The position numbers were made by a program, and so were the translations under genes. A stretch of 64,000 nt of DNA from Nitrospirota bacterium (GTDB lineage: Bacteria; Nitrospirota; UBA9217). This document shows, piece by piece, positions 21,058-32,312 of this stretch. Position 1 is the stretch's first letter. Each line of letters starts with the position of its first letter. The stretch spans positions 352,001 through 416,000 of the forward strand of contig CAVWHO010000016.1 in assembly GCA_963754875.1 (NCBI GenBank), written 5' to 3'. The notes under the pieces are model-generated. The model did no database searches and was not told the origin of the DNA. It saw nothing but the letters and a program-made list of their open reading frames with translations.

Positions 21058-21822
21058 TCACCGCTGAACTTTTGCCTGTTCCATGATCACGCTGTATTTA
21101 TAACCTGCGCCGAAATCCTTGTCCTTATAGACCGTACCTTTGACCGTTACGATATCGCCGACTGCCGGGGAGTCCTGGGAGGTTGCAATCAGCTCGTTGG
21201 TGCCTTTCGACGCTTCGCCGGTGCCGTCCTTCAAATGTATCCAATTTTTACCCATGATCCCTGAAGAGACCTTAACGACCTTACCACGGATGACGGCCGA
21301 TTTTTGATTCAATGATTCCTTTTTTGCAAATACTTCAGCAACCGTGTAAGCATTTTCCCCTACAGCTTTTTTCACGCTGATTTTAGCATTGGTTGCTGCG
21401 GGCGCTGCTTTTTTTGCCCCGTGGCTTGCAGGCGCGGTTTTGTTCGCTCCCTCGGGATTTGCAGTAATCGGTCCGTCGACAAAATATATGCTGTCAAAGG
21501 TCCTGTTCAGCGTCTTGCTCGTGAAATTCCTCATTTCCATACCAAGCTCAAACGTCATGACCTGCCCCTTCGTGACGGTCATTTGCGGGACAGCAAACCA
21601 GGTTTTCTTGCCCCTCTGCTCCAGACAGATATACGAGTAGCCCCCGGCATTCATGGTTTCTGCCACTTTACCGGTAAGAGTCCGCTCGCTATCTGCTTTC
21701 GTATTCACCTCGGCATTCGGTTTTGACGCGGCTTTCTCTGTTGCGCCAAATGCGCACACAGCGACTAGTGAAAAAATAACTGCAATCGAACAAACTGAGG
21801 CTGCATAAGAAAATCGTTTCAT
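21058..21822 (-). CDS. Exported OB-fold protein
   Basis: Signal peptide; GKVAETMNAGGYSY, GIMGKNWIHLKDG, KDFGAGYKY. Confidence 0.75.
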   Translation of the reverse strand: MKRFSYAASVCSIAVIFSLVAVCAFGATEKAASKPNAEVNTKADSERTLTGKVAETMNAGGYSYICLEQRGKKTWFAVPQMTVTKGQVMTFELGMEMRNFTSKTLNRTFDSIYFVDGPITANPEGANKTAPASHGAKKAAPAATNAKISVKKAVGENAYTVAEVFAKKESLNQKSAVIRGKVVKVSSGIMGKNWIHLKDGTGEASKGTNELIATSQDSPAVGDIVTVKGTVYKDKDFGAGYKYSVIMEQAKVQR

Positions 21823-21960
21823 TTTGCACTCCCTAATTTTTATTGATATGATTCGGACAGGCAGGCGAATCAGCATTAAAGTAGCTGGAGTTTACTGCTT
21901 TTGGGGAAAATAAGCAAGTCTGTTTTTCCGGGCAAGCGGGCAATTTTTTTGTCTGCAAAG

Positions 21961-23085
21961 TCATGCGGATTTATAGAACAAATCATGTTTTACGCCACGG
22001 CTGATAAGGTAACTGATGACATCGGACGGCTTGAAGAACATCCTGAGCTTCCAGGCGTTTTTCTTGGTTTTGCTGAACACCCGCTCATCAAGCGTATCGA
22101 TAAATCGCAAGATCTCTTCCCGCTCGTCATCGCTGAAATCAAAAGACCCTCCTTTTTTGCCCTCCTCAATCGGGCCGCTCTTCGTGATCCGGTCAACGAT
22201 CTTCCTGATTGCGGCATAGTAGCCTGCTCCCTCGGGACGGTCGAAGAATTTCGGAACGTTCAGGAGATGGTTCGTGAGCTCCCGTGCTTCGGGGAGGTCT
22301 CCGACATGTTCGAGGTTGATGCCCAGCTTATCAGAGCAGAGTGAGATCAGGTTCTTGACGAGCAGGTGGGTCTGCCCCTCCGGCGCGCGATTGATGATGA
22401 GCGCGGGAGTGAATGACGCTTCAATTTCATCGATGAGCGGCAGCAGGTCGGGGGCCGACTTCGTAAGCGCTTCCTTGAACCATTCGACGGTGAACCGCTT
22501 TTCGCTGTCCCCGTTTTTCGTCTCGGCTTCGATGAGCGCTGCGATCTCACGCTGGTTCTTGAAAATGTTCTGAATCTTGCGGAAGATGGCGCCCTTGACA
22601 AAACTGTACGCATTCATCACTGCTCCCGGCTCGGGGGCCGTAATGACCACGCCCCGGTCCGAAATACCGAAAAAATCGAGGGTGTTGAAATGCACGCCCG
22701 CCCCCAGGTCAATGATGATGTAATCCGCCGGAAGCGTACGCAAATGCCGCATGAGCTTGAGTTTCATCCAGTGGGCCGGGTTCGTAATGCCCGGAACAAA
22801 TTCGGCTCCGCTGATAAGCCCGAGGTTATTCACTGAGGTTTCGACGACGAGGTTTTCGAGGGAAGGGACCTTCCCGAGAATGAAATCAGCGATTGTCGGC
22901 GTCCGTCCCAGGATGCCGAGGTAAGTATGCAGATTGGCCGCGCCGAGGTCGAGGTCCGCCAGCACGACGCTCTTGCCGCTCCGGGCGAGCGCAGTGCCCA
23001 GTCCGATTGACAGGATGCTCTTGCCCACGCCTCCCTTGCCGCCGCCCACGGAAATAATTGTCCCCGCTGGATGAGTATCTTTCAT
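21961..23085 (-). CDS. MinD/FlhG-family P-loop ATPase
   Basis: GGKGGVGKS, DLDLGAANLH, IDLGAG, PEPGAVMNAY. Confidence 0.88.
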   Translation of the reverse strand: MKDTHPAGTIISVGGGKGGVGKSILSIGLGTALARSGKSVVLADLDLGAANLHTYLGILGRTPTIADFILGKVPSLENLVVETSVNNLGLISGAEFVPGITNPAHWMKLKLMRHLRTLPADYIIIDLGAGVHFNTLDFFGISDRGVVITAPEPGAVMNAYSFVKGAIFRKIQNIFKNQREIAALIEAETKNGDSEKRFTVEWFKEALTKSAPDLLPLIDEIEASFTPALIINRAPEGQTHLLVKNLISLCSDKLGINLEHVGDLPEARELTNHLLNVPKFFDRPEGAGYYAAIRKIVDRITKSGPIEEGKKGGSFDFSDDEREEILRFIDTLDERVFSKTKKNAWKLRMFFKPSDVISYLISRGVKHDLFYKSA

Positions 23086-23220
23086 GGAGATACTGTAACA
23101 GGTTTTCCGAAGGGCTGTAAAGAGCCCGATAGCAGAAGTGAGAATATCAATGAGCGAAAAAGGTCCTTTCGCAGCCGCCATCATGCGGGCTACGGCCTGC
23201 TATGTACAGCCTGCTGCCCA

Positions 23221-23703
23221 TCACAACTTGTACCCGATCTTCCGCAGGAACCCTTTTCGTTGTTCCCTGTCTGCCGGGGCCTCGACGCCCTTTGGGGAGG
23301 AGCCGTCGATTACGCCGAGAATGCCCTTGCCCAGTTCTGTTGAACCGACTACGACCTCGAGCGGATTGGCTGTTGCGCAAAAGATGCGACAGACCTCGGG
23401 ACAGTTCTTGATCTGGTTAAGGACATTGATGGGGAAGGCGTTCTTGAGATAAATACAGAAGACATGACCCGCGCCAAGGGACCGGAGGACGGTAATACAG
23501 GCGGCGATCAGAGCGTCGTCATTCCCCTCGGTGCGGATGAGGCAAGGGCCGGACGCCTCGTTAAAAGCCACGCCGAACTTTGCCTGCGGCACCGTCGTGG
23601 CGATGATTTCGTAGAGGTCCTCAGCGGTCTTGATGAAATGGGTCTGGCCCAGGATAACATTGCAACCATCGGGGATGTCGACGCGAACGGTAGAGAGTTC
23701 CAT
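23221..23703 (-). CDS. Adenosine-specific kinase family protein (DUF355)
   Basis: NVILGQTHFIKTAEDL, FNEASGPCL, FPINVL, CATANP, GVIDG. Confidence 0.9.
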   Translation of the reverse strand: MELSTVRVDIPDGCNVILGQTHFIKTAEDLYEIIATTVPQAKFGVAFNEASGPCLIRTEGNDDALIAACITVLRSLGAGHVFCIYLKNAFPINVLNQIKNCPEVCRIFCATANPLEVVVGSTELGKGILGVIDGSSPKGVEAPADREQRKGFLRKIGYKL

Positions 23704-23797
23704 GAGAGCCTCCTCGGCAGGGTTTACATCTCAATGGGGAAACTATAGCAGATTTTCCCGCAGAAAGTAACCCGGGGAGGCGTAGGGACGCAGGTGA

Positions 23798-24490
23798 TTA
23801 AAGCGGTTTCTTTTGGAGCACTGTTGACGCGGTCCCCTGCTGGAGGAGGTCGAGCATACGCGTAATGGACTCTTCATGCAGTTCATGGATGAGCGCCCGA
23901 TCTACTCCGCGCCGCCTCTTCTTGTTGAGAAACGAGAGAAACACCATGCTCTTGTAAATGCGCCTGTTGGTCTTAAAGGAAAAGATGAAGCTGTCGAGGG
24001 AGTTTTCGAGCAGGAGGTCGCTGCGCTGTCGCACTGCCTTGCTGATCAGTACGGTCTGCAGCCAGTAGGTCTTGTCGATGATACTGTCTGCCTTCATCTC
24101 GACCCAGGTATGGCCCATGTTCCCCAGTTCATCAGTCAGTGTCTCGTGGGCCACCGTATCGGCGGCCAGGTGGGCCAGATAGCCGTAGGCGAACGAGCGC
24201 TCGGGCCATGTCTTGGCTTGTTCGAGAAGTTTCAGTCCCACATCCCAGGAGTGCGAGCTTTTTTCATCGGGTAAATATTTTTTCCCGAGGATCATATCTG
24301 CCATGAGATTGCCGTACAGAAAATCCTGCTTGTGTTTTTTCAGAAGGGCATGGATGCCGGCGGGCAGGAGCGTGGCGCAGGAGAGCAGTTCATTGCCGAG
24401 ATACATGTGGGTCATGGGACCCCATGCAAAGGCGAAAGAAGGTATGAGTATGAATCCGGCTGCTAATAATAAAATAAATGACATGATCAC
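23798..24490 (-). CDS. Zinc-dependent phospholipase C family protein
   Basis: Signal peptide then WGPMTH; GYLAHLAADTVAH; H...E. Confidence 0.85.
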   Translation of the reverse strand: MIMSFILLLAAGFILIPSFAFAWGPMTHMYLGNELLSCATLLPAGIHALLKKHKQDFLYGNLMADMILGKKYLPDEKSSHSWDVGLKLLEQAKTWPERSFAYGYLAHLAADTVAHETLTDELGNMGHTWVEMKADSIIDKTYWLQTVLISKAVRQRSDLLLENSLDSFIFSFKTNRRIYKSMVFLSFLNKKRRRGVDRALIHELHEESITRMLDLLQQGTASTVLQKKPL

Positions 24491-24702
24491 TTCAATGAAG
24501 ACGCTTGGTTGCGAAAATCATCATTAATGGGATTTATAATACCCCTCTGAAGCTCTCCCCGTCAATACTAAAGTTATCGCGCATGTGATTATTCCTTTTT
24601 CGGGGGGATTCGGGTATGTGCATGGGGGGAAATTCATAGGTCGCAGCCGGGAATCAAACGAGGGAGAGAAATCGACGAAGCCGGGCCGTCAAAAAGGGGC
24701 GG

Positions 24703-24930
24703 CTAATGACAGCCTGCGCAGGAGGACGACGAACAGCCGCCGCACCCGGAGCTTCCGCTCGAGTCGCTCGATGACGACGCTCCCGATGACCGGCCCATGC
24801 CGAAGCGAGACATGAGCTTTTCCGTATTCATCGAGCCGCACTTCTCGCAGGCGACAGAATGATTCGAACCGAAGACGAGTTTTTCGAAATCGGCGTTGCA
24901 GACTCTACAGTGATATTCGTAGATCGGCAT
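24703..24930 (-). CDS. FmdB-family zinc-ribbon protein
   Basis: [11 protein letters not shown]...C..CGS...LMS; C-terminal CGGC..SCAGCH. Confidence 0.9.
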   Translation of the reverse strand: MPIYEYHCRVCNADFEKLVFGSNHSVACEKCGSMNTEKLMSRFGMGRSSGASSSSDSSGSSGCGGCSSSSCAGCH

Positions 24931-24940
24931 GTATTTTCCT

Positions 24941-25031
24941 TAACGCGCACAGATGAAACGGTAAAGACGGAATCGGGGCACAATCTACGTTATGCTCTTT
25001 CTCCGTGCCCATCAGTGTCCATCCGTGGTTA
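24941..25031. repeat. CACAGATGAA-type hairpin repeat
   Basis: CACAGATGAAACGGTAA nearly identical to 19215-19232; ends ATCCGTGGTTA. Confidence 0.6.
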
Positions 25032-25041
25032 CGATGTAGTT

Positions 25042-25690
25042 TCATTTCTTTTCCAACTTTGTTCCAGTCCGACAAGAACTTCTCAATCCCGATGTCCGTG
25101 AGCGGGTGCTTCACGAGCTGGTCGATTACACCAAAGGGAATCGTGGCTACGTGGGCGCCTGCCAGGGCCGCGTCTACGACGTGGAGCGGATTTCGCACGC
25201 TCGCGACGATCACCTCGGTGCCGTAGCCGTAATTATTGTAGATCGTTACGATCTGGCGCACGAGGTCCATGCCGTAGTGGCTGATGTCGTCCAGCCTGCC
25301 CACGAAGGGACTCACGTAAGCCGCCCCGACTTTTGCCGCCAGGAGCGCTTGCGAGGGTGAGAAGACCAGCGTCATATTCACGCGGATTCCCTGCTCCGCC
25401 AGCACTTTCGTCGCTTTCAGCCCCTCCTTGGTCATGGGCAGTTTCACCACGATGTTCTTGTGGATCTTCGCAAGGTCCGTCCCCTCGGCTACCATCTTGT
25501 CGGCCTCAAGGCTTACGGCCTCGGCGCTGATCGGTCCGTCGACGATGGAACAGATCTCGGCGATCACCTGCTTGAAGTCCCGGCCTTCCCTGGCGATCAG
25601 CGAGGGATTCGTGGTCACGCCGTCGACAACGCCGAGGCTCGCTGCTTCGCGGATCTCTTTCACATTTGCCGTATCGATAAAAAATTTCAC
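25042..25690 (-). CDS. tal: Transaldolase / fructose-6-phosphate aldolase
   Basis: [42 protein letters not shown] over-runs to 24905, removing one A near 25050 gives a normal ..VGKK* end. Confidence 0.9.
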
Positions 25691-25712
25691 GTTCGTTCCT
25701 TTCCAGTACACA

Positions 25713-27002
25713 TTAATGTGATGCATGATCCATGATGCACGATTCACGATTTTCTATATCAGGCATCCTGCATCCTTGTATAGCTTCTTCCAGCACTTGC
25801 ACGGTATGCAGCACTTCGACGTCTGAGCCGGCAAGTTTTAGAGCATTTGCTATCTGCATGCGGCAGCCGGGGCATCCGGTCACGACTGCGGCAGCCTGTG
25901 TTGCGATGATGGCTTTCGCCTTCTCCTCAGCAATACCGTCGGACAGGTTCTGATGGCTCACCCGCATCACGCCGCCGAAACCACAGCAACGGTCGGCGTT
26001 CCTCATTTCCCTGATCGTCAGCTGAGGGATTGAACGGAGCAGGTTTCTCAGGACGTGCGAAAGCCCCTGCCCCCTGCTGAGATGACAGGGGTCGTGGACG
26101 GTGACGCTTCGTGCGATTGGCGAAAGCCTGATGTCGCCCAGCCGGCTGTACAGAAATTCATGGATATCGAGAACGGTGAGCGCATTTCCGTCCGGCCGCA
26201 GCAGTGTAGGATAATCCTTTTTAAAAGTCAAGCCGCAGGAGGCGCATGCCGTGACGATTGCATCGGCCTGGACGGCTGATAAGACCGCGGCATTATGCGC
26301 CGCGTGCTCCTCCGCAGCAGCACGGTCGCCGAGGGAGAGGAGCGGTCTGCCGCAGCATTTCAACCCCTTCGGAATGATTACTTCATAGCCCAGGGCATTC
26401 AGCACGTTCTTCGTCGCCCTTCCGATCTCGGGCTGAAAATACTCTATGGCGCACCCCGGGAAGAAGACGACCCTGTTGTTTTTTTTATTCCTTGGACTGT
26501 GTACTCTGTACTGTGTACTCTGTTCTCCGGACTTTGAACGTTGAACTCTGAACTCTGAACTTTTGATTTTTGTATAATGCAGCACGAACGGCGCAAGCCA
26601 GGCAGTCGCCCGAAGCGCGGAAGGGTGCTTCAGCACTTCGGAAACGATCCTGTTGATAATGCCGGTCCCCGATTCCCGGACAGCCTGTTCCTTCGCTGCC
26701 TGTACAATTTCCGCAACGGGCACACCGCTCGGACAGGAAGCTTCACAAGCAAGACATCCGGTACACGTCGCGAGGCGATCTTTAAAGATCTCGGAAACCA
26801 TGAGCTTCCCGTCCAGAACTGCTTTTACGAGGGCCATCCTGCCGCGTGCAGAAAGCGATTCCCCCTGCTCCCGCAGGAAGGGAGGGCATACGGCACGGCA
26901 GGCCCCGCACTTTACGCATCGCTCGATGTCCCGGCGAAAGTATTCGAGGTACGGCGTGGGCGATGGCTGGGCAGAACGGGCTCGCTTCATCTGTTTGTTC
27001 AT
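25713..27002 (-). CDS. Fe-S oxidoreductase (GlcF-like: 4Fe-4S dicluster + two CCG domains)
   Basis: [44 protein letters not shown]. Confidence 0.9.
   Translation of the reverse strand: MNKQMKRARSAQPSPTPYLEYFRRDIERCVKCGACRAVCPPFLREQGESLSARGRMALVKAVLDGKLMVSEIFKDRLATCTGCLACEASCPSGVPVAEIVQAAKEQAVRESGTGIINRIVSEVLKHPSALRATAWLAPFVLHYTKIKSSEFRVQRSKSGEQSTQYRVHSPRNKKNNRVVFFPGCAIEYFQPEIGRATKNVLNALGYEVIIPKGLKCCGRPLLSLGDRAAAEEHAAHNAAVLSAVQADAIVTACASCGLTFKKDYPTLLRPDGNALTVLDIHEFLYSRLGDIRLSPIARSVTVHDPCHLSRGQGLSHVLRNLLRSIPQLTIREMRNADRCCGFGGVMRVSHQNLSDGIAEEKAKAIIATQAAAVVTGCPGCRMQIANALKLAGSDVEVLHTVQVLEEAIQGCRMPDIENRESCIMDHASH
26494..26563. repeat. 10 degenerate heptamer tandem repeats (G-N-A-C-T-Y-T) inside the GlcF-like gene
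   Basis: ggactgt gtactct gtactgt gtactct gttctcc ggacttt gaacgtt gaactct gaactct gaacttt. Confidence 0.8.
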
Positions 27003-27631
27003 GGCAGGATCGTCACCGGCGTGCCGAGCGACACCGCATTGAAGAGTTCATCGACGTCGGCATTGTCCAGCGCAATGCAGCCATCGGTCCAATTCATGCC
27101 TACAAACGATTGCCCTGTTGCGCCGCCTTCCAGGGCCCGCCCATGAATGCCTACGGCACCGCCGAGCCGCGTGTCCCAGGGTGGGGGCTGCCGTTCTTCG
27201 ATGGCCTTTTTGATCGAAACATATTCGGACAGGGAAATCGTCCCGGATTTTAGGCCGTATTCAGCGTGTTTCATATCAGGATAGCTCAGGCCCATGAATT
27301 TGTAGAAACGTTTACTGTGGTTCATGGTACAAATATAGAACTCTCCTTCCGGGGTCCGTTTGTCGCCCTCCATCCGTTTGTCGCCGTCCTGAAATCCCTT
27401 GCCGAACACGGCCCGATAGGTCTTGACAGGCGTATCTCCCTTGTAGAGGGTCACCGTGTACTGCGACTTCCAGATGATAAGCCGGGGTTGCCCGGAAAGG
27501 GCCGAGAGCCGGTCGGCAAAAATATCCGTTTTCGGCGCCGTCGCCTCTGGTGCTGGAGATATGCAGCTGAGAAGCAGGACCGCTGTGAGGAGCCTGATCA
27601 GGAACAGGATTTTTTTTTGAATCTGCGTCAT
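26999..27631 (-). CDS. L,D-transpeptidase family lipoprotein (YkuD domain)
   Basis: LLSC lipobox-like, GDKRTPEG, IHG, WTDGCIAL. Confidence 0.9.
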   Translation of the reverse strand: MTQIQKKILFLIRLLTAVLLLSCISPAPEATAPKTDIFADRLSALSGQPRLIIWKSQYTVTLYKGDTPVKTYRAVFGKGFQDGDKRMEGDKRTPEGEFYICTMNHSKRFYKFMGLSYPDMKHAEYGLKSGTISLSEYVSIKKAIEERQPPPWDTRLGGAVGIHGRALEGGATGQSFVGMNWTDGCIALDNADVDELFNAVSLGTPVTILP

Positions 27632-27646
27632 TTTTTCCGACCGCGG

Positions 27647-27910
27647 TTACGTGCGGTTCTTGGCTTCATACTGTTTGGCGCAGGTCTCGCTGCAAAACAG
27701 ACAGAGTTTTCCGTTGATGCGTCGGGTCACCGCCCGGCTCTTTACCACATAGGTGCGGCACTCGGGGTCTTGCACCATCTCTTCCCCGGGAAGGACCGTG
27801 CTCTGGCGCCGCTCGTCTGCATAATATCCCCGGACCGCGGAGCGGAAGACGGCCTTGAAAGCGTAGTAGACCAGGAGGAGGGCAAAAAAAATCAGCAGGC
27901 TGCGAATCAT
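27647..27910 (-). CDS. Membrane-anchored YHS/TRASH-domain protein
   Basis: N-terminal TM; MVQDPECRTYV...FCSETC. Confidence 0.75.
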   Translation of the reverse strand: MIRSLLIFFALLLVYYAFKAVFRSAVRGYYADERRQSTVLPGEEMVQDPECRTYVVKSRAVTRRINGKLCLFCSETCAKQYEAKNRT

Positions 27911-28484
27911 CTGGTCCTCTCCGGAATCCCTTTTTGCAAGTCCGCTATGTTGGACCTGACGACGTCGGCATTAGGAAAGTTCGGCGCCAGTTTCAGCAGC
28001 TCTTCCCAGATGTGGATGGCGGCCCGATAATTCTTCTTGTCATGGCCAGGACGATCCCCATATTGTATCGGGCATTCAGGTGAGTCGGTTCATGCTCGAG
28101 CGCAAGACGATATTCGGCAAGCGCCCGGTCCGGCATGTTCAGATTCCGGTATGCCGTTCCCATGTCGGTGCGCACGTCGGCATTCCGGGGATCCATCCGC
28201 AGCGCATGCTCGTACATCGTGATCGCATTCTTCCATTGTCCGCTGTCGAAGTATGCGTTTCCCATGGCAACGAGGGCGGAGAAATTATTCGGGTCCTCCG
28301 AAAGGATCGTGCGGTATTCCTCGATCAGACCGTCGTAGTCGGGACCTTGGGCGTTATCGAGCTTATTCGAGTGGTCTATTGCGGCGGGGACGGCATACGT
28401 TTTTTTTCCCTCAATCCGCTGGCACGAGGCCAGAAACGGCACCAAGAGAAAGAGAACGAGCATGATAAATACTTTTTTCATCAT
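27907..28484 (-). CDS. TPR lipoprotein (frameshift near 28042)
   Basis: LASC lipobox, TPR helices (GNAYFDSGQW, DVRTDMG); shifted frame continues HDKKNYRAAIHIWEELLK to TGA 27907. Confidence 0.8.
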
Positions 28485-28576
28485 TATTAAACCTGTGGAG
28501 CTCTTTGCCATCGGACGGTGACGGCAAACTCGTGCGCCTTGCAGGAAGGTCCGGGACCGGCCCGACATTCTTCCCG

Positions 28577-30138
28577 TTAATGCCGGAAGTGCCTCATTCC
28601 CGTCATGACCATGGCAATACCATGCTCCTCGGCGGCCTTGATCACTTCTTCATCCTTAAGTGATCCGCCGGGCTGGATCACGGCCGTCACTCCCGCCCGG
28701 GCCGCTTCGTCCAGGCCGTCACGGAACGGGAAAAAAGCATCGGAAGCGAGTACCGTCCCGGTGAGCGGAAATTGCGCTTTCAGCTTTGCAATCCGAACGG
28801 AATCGAGACGGCTCATCTGTCCAGCACCGATGCCGATGGTCCGATCTTTGGTCGCGAATACAACAGCATTGGACTTCACGTGCTTGCATACTTTCCATGC
28901 AAAAGCCAGCGCCTCATATTCATCGTCACGTGGGTTTCCGCTTCGTGGCCACGCGAAGGGCCTTCACGTCGGCGATCCTCCCGAGATCGCGGTCCTGATA
29001 AATAAGGCCGCCCACGATCTTCTTCAGGTCCATGCCCTCGGGCGTTCCCGAGACCGCGGGCCGATGTCGAGGAGCCCGGAGGTCTTTTTTCTTCTTGAGC
29101 TCATCGAGAGCGTCGGGCGCGAACTCTGGTGCCACAACGACCTCCACAAAGGTCGCCGTCAATTCTTTTGCCGTATCGTAGTCGACCATGCGGTTGAAGG
29201 CGATCACGCCGCCGAAGGCCGAGACCGGATCGCAGTCGCGCGCCTTGCAATATGCCTCGACGAGGGTCGGCGCCGTGGCAACGCCGCAGGGATTGTTGTG
29301 CTTCACGATCACCGCTGCAATCTGGTCGTACTCCTTCGCGAGTTCGAGTCGCGCTGTTCGCGTCAAGGAAGTTGTTGAACGACATTTCCTTGCCCTGGAG
29401 CTGCCTGGCGCTGGACACCGAGGGTTCCTTGCGACCGAACTCACGGTAAAAAGCGCCCTGCTGGTGCGGGTTCTCGCCGTACCGCAGGTTCTGCACCTTC
29501 TCGAACTGGAGCGTCAGGATATTCGGGAACCGGGTCTTTTCCTCCGCCGGGACCTGGCTGTCGAGCCACGCCGAGATGGCGCTGTCGTATCGCGCCGTAT
29601 GCAGGAACACGGTCCGGCAGAGCTCAAAGCGGGTCTTGAGGGATACCTCGCCGGTCTTCCGGATCTCTTCGAGCACCCGTCCGTAATCGCGGGGAGAAAC
29701 CACCACGGCGACGTCGGTGTAGTTTTTCGCCGCCGAACGCAGCATCGTGGGGCCGCCGATGTCGATGTTCTCGATCGCGTCTTCGAGCGTGCAGCCCGGT
29801 TTGGCCACGGTCTGCTCAAAGGGATACAGGTTCACGACCACCAGGTCGATGGGCTCGATGCCGTGCTGCTTCATCTGTTTTACATGCTCGGGATTGTTCC
29901 GTCTTCCGAGCAGCCCGCCGTGGACCTTCGGGTGAAGCGTCTTGACCCGGCCGTCGAGCATTTCGGGAAAACCCGTGAATTCCGAGACGTCCTTGACCTG
30001 CACGCCCGCGTCACGAAGCATCTTCGCCGTGCCGCCGGTCGATAGTATTTCGATCCCGAGCTCGGAAATGCCCCGGGCAAAATCCAGGATGCCGTTCTTG
30101 TTGGAAACACTGATGAGCGCGCGCGTTATTTTACCCAC
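28577..30138 (-). CDS. purH: Bifunctional AICAR transformylase/IMP cyclohydrolase (several frameshifts)
   Basis: [55 protein letters not shown]. Confidence 0.95.
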
Positions 30139-30290
30139 GAAGGGGACCTCCGATGGACCTGATGGAAAACTAGGCAGAATGAGAGGAATTTTAACCTAAT
30201 GGGCAGGGAAAGTCAATTTGAATAGGCAGGACATTGAATACGAAGGACGGAGTTTATCGCTTCTCGCTCCGGCAGAAATCCGGAGCGACA

Positions 30291-32312
30291 TTACTCCGTC
30301 ATGACCCGGCACAAGGTCGCGCTGAACAAATCAAGAGTGAAGGGTTTTGCCATGACTCCTTTGAAACCGTAGGACCGGTACTGGGCCATTACAAGATCAT
30401 TCGAATAGCCGCTTGCTACGATAACGCGCGCCGCAGGGTCGAATTCGAGCAACTTCCCTACGGCATCTTTTCCGCCCATGCCGCCCGGGATGGTCAGGTC
30501 CATGATGACGGCGTTGATTGGCCTGCCCTCCTGCGATGCCTCACGGTACTGCTCAAGAGCTTCCGCGCCGTCGCGTACCAGGACCGGCTCGTATCCCAAC
30601 GCCGTGAGCATCTGCCCAGCGACACTCCGCACCGCATCTTCGTCGTCCATGACGAGGACCCTGCCTTTTCCACCGCCCCGCGTAACCTGTCGTGCAGCCT
30701 TCACGGGAAGTTGCCGCAACGAGGCGGGCAGATAAACGTGAAAAACGGAACCGGCGCCGGGTTCGGACTCAACATCGATGAAGCCGCCGTGCTTGTGGAT
30801 AATGGAATAGCTGGTTGCCAGCCCAAGGCCGCTCCCGGTCGGTTTGGTCGTGAAATAGGGATCAAAGATCTTCAAGAGGTTTTCTTTGGGGATGCCGATC
30901 CCCTGGTCTTTTACCGATATTTTTATATGGGGGCCAGTTGAAAGCGGCAACGGGTCTCCCGGCGCGACGATGACGTTCGAGCAGGTCACCTGTACGGCTC
31001 CGCCGTGAGGCATCGCCTGCGCCGCATTGATGATCAGGTTCTGCATCACTTGACTGATCTGGCCGGCGTCGACGTCGGACGGCATGAGGTCCTCGGCAAA
31101 AGATAAATCACATTTTACATTTGAACCACTGAGAGAAAACGAACAGGACTCTCCGACGATGTCACGGATCGAGGAAGTCTTCTTGATCGGCGTGCCGCCC
31201 TTGGCAAACGTCAGCAGCTGTTGGGTAAGTTCCCGTGCCGAGAGAACGGCCTTCTCCACATCCCGGAGCCTGGGGGTCAATTTGTCCGGATACTGCACAT
31301 CAAGCTCTGCCAGTGATATGTTGCCGAGAATGACGGTCAGGAGATTATTGAAATCATGGGCGATCCCGCCGGCGAGGACGCCGATGGATTCCAACTTCTC
31401 GATCTTCACGAGTTCGGTCTCTGTTTTCTTCCGCTCCGTGATGTCACGGACGATTCCGACGGCGTGCCATTGCCCTGTCAACTCCAGCGCCGACGTGGAC
31501 ACTTCCATGGGAAACTCGGTTCCGCCCTTTCGCAGTGCCATGAATTCACGGGTGGTCCCGACGGCCGGACCCAGGCCCGTCCGGACAAAGTGCTCAAATC
31601 CCTTCTGGTAGTTTTCGTGAAACGCCGGGGGGGCGAGGAGCGCATGCAATTCCCTGCCCAGGATTTCCTGCGGCGTGTAGCCGAACATCTTTACCGCGGC
31701 GGAGTTCCAGTAAGTGATTCTACCCCGATTGTTCATGACAATGATTGCATCCGCTGCGGTCGTGGCAATGGCGCGAAATTTATCTTCGCTCTCCTGCAGG
31801 GACTTGAGCGCCTGGTCCAGCGCATGCAGAGGAAACACACGGAGGAGGAAAAACGAGCCGGTTCCCAAAGCGATGCCGAGGAATCCCAGAACAAGCGCGT
31901 TGATCAGGATCGGCCGCTGTGAGCGGCTGATCTCGACCCGCGCAACGACCCTCCCCGAATCATAGAGGACATGGGAACGGGTAATGAGCGGAGACGGCAA
32001 CCCCTCGGCGCTCTGGGCCAGGACAACACCGTTTTCATCGACGATACGGCGGATCTCATCCTGAAAATCGACCGGCCGATGGTACAACAGCCCCTCTAAC
32101 CGTGGTTGTTCATATCGCCAGTACTCCGGATTGGTGCTGATGAGTTCGGATACGATAGAGGCCGTGGCCTCGGCCTCGGTCTCCAGAACTGCGGATTGAT
32201 GTTCGTAGGACATGATGACATAACCGAAGGGAATGGTGACCGCCAGCAATGCAGACAGCAGCAAGGCCAGTAACTTCGTCAAACGAATTGCTTTCCTGCT
32301 TATCGTAGTCAT
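30291..32312 (-). CDS. Hybrid sensor histidine kinase (TM-PAS-HisKA-HATPase-REC)
   Basis: AHDFNNLL, NLIINA, DQGIG, FDPYFTTK, GLGL; REC DDE..D..K. Confidence 0.93.
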   Translation of the reverse strand: MTTISRKAIRLTKLLALLLSALLAVTIPFGYVIMSYEHQSAVLETEAEATASIVSELISTNPEYWRYEQPRLEGLLYHRPVDFQDEIRRIVDENGVVLAQSAEGLPSPLITRSHVLYDSGRVVARVEISRSQRPILINALVLGFLGIALGTGSFFLLRVFPLHALDQALKSLQESEDKFRAIATTAADAIIVMNNRGRITYWNSAAVKMFGYTPQEILGRELHALLAPPAFHENYQKGFEHFVRTGLGPAVGTTREFMALRKGGTEFPMEVSTSALELTGQWHAVGIVRDITERKKTETELVKIEKLESIGVLAGGIAHDFNNLLTVILGNISLAELDVQYPDKLTPRLRDVEKAVLSARELTQQLLTFAKGGTPIKKTSSIRDIVGESCSFSLSGSNVKCDLSFAEDLMPSDVDAGQISQVMQNLIINAAQAMPHGGAVQVTCSNVIVAPGDPLPLSTGPHIKISVKDQGIGIPKENLLKIFDPYFTTKPTGSGLGLATSYSIIHKHGGFIDVESEPGAGSVFHVYLPASLRQLPVKAARQVTRGGGKGRVLVMDDEDAVRSVAGQMLTALGYEPVLVRDGAEALEQYREASQEGRPINAVIMDLTIPGGMGGKDAVGKLLEFDPAARVIVASGYSNDLVMAQYRSYGFKGVMAKPFTLDLFSATLCRVMTE

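Noticed and set aside
26494..26563. CRISPR array
   Set aside because: 7-nt tandem units without spacers; no cas genes in the window.
28577..30138. purH, pckG and rimM as true pseudogenes
   Set aside because: All motifs are intact and only single-base indels occur, consistent with sequencing error.
30139..30290. ZTP riboswitch upstream of purH
   Set aside because: Only a TTGACT..TAAAAT promoter and a hairpin; no ZTP consensus.
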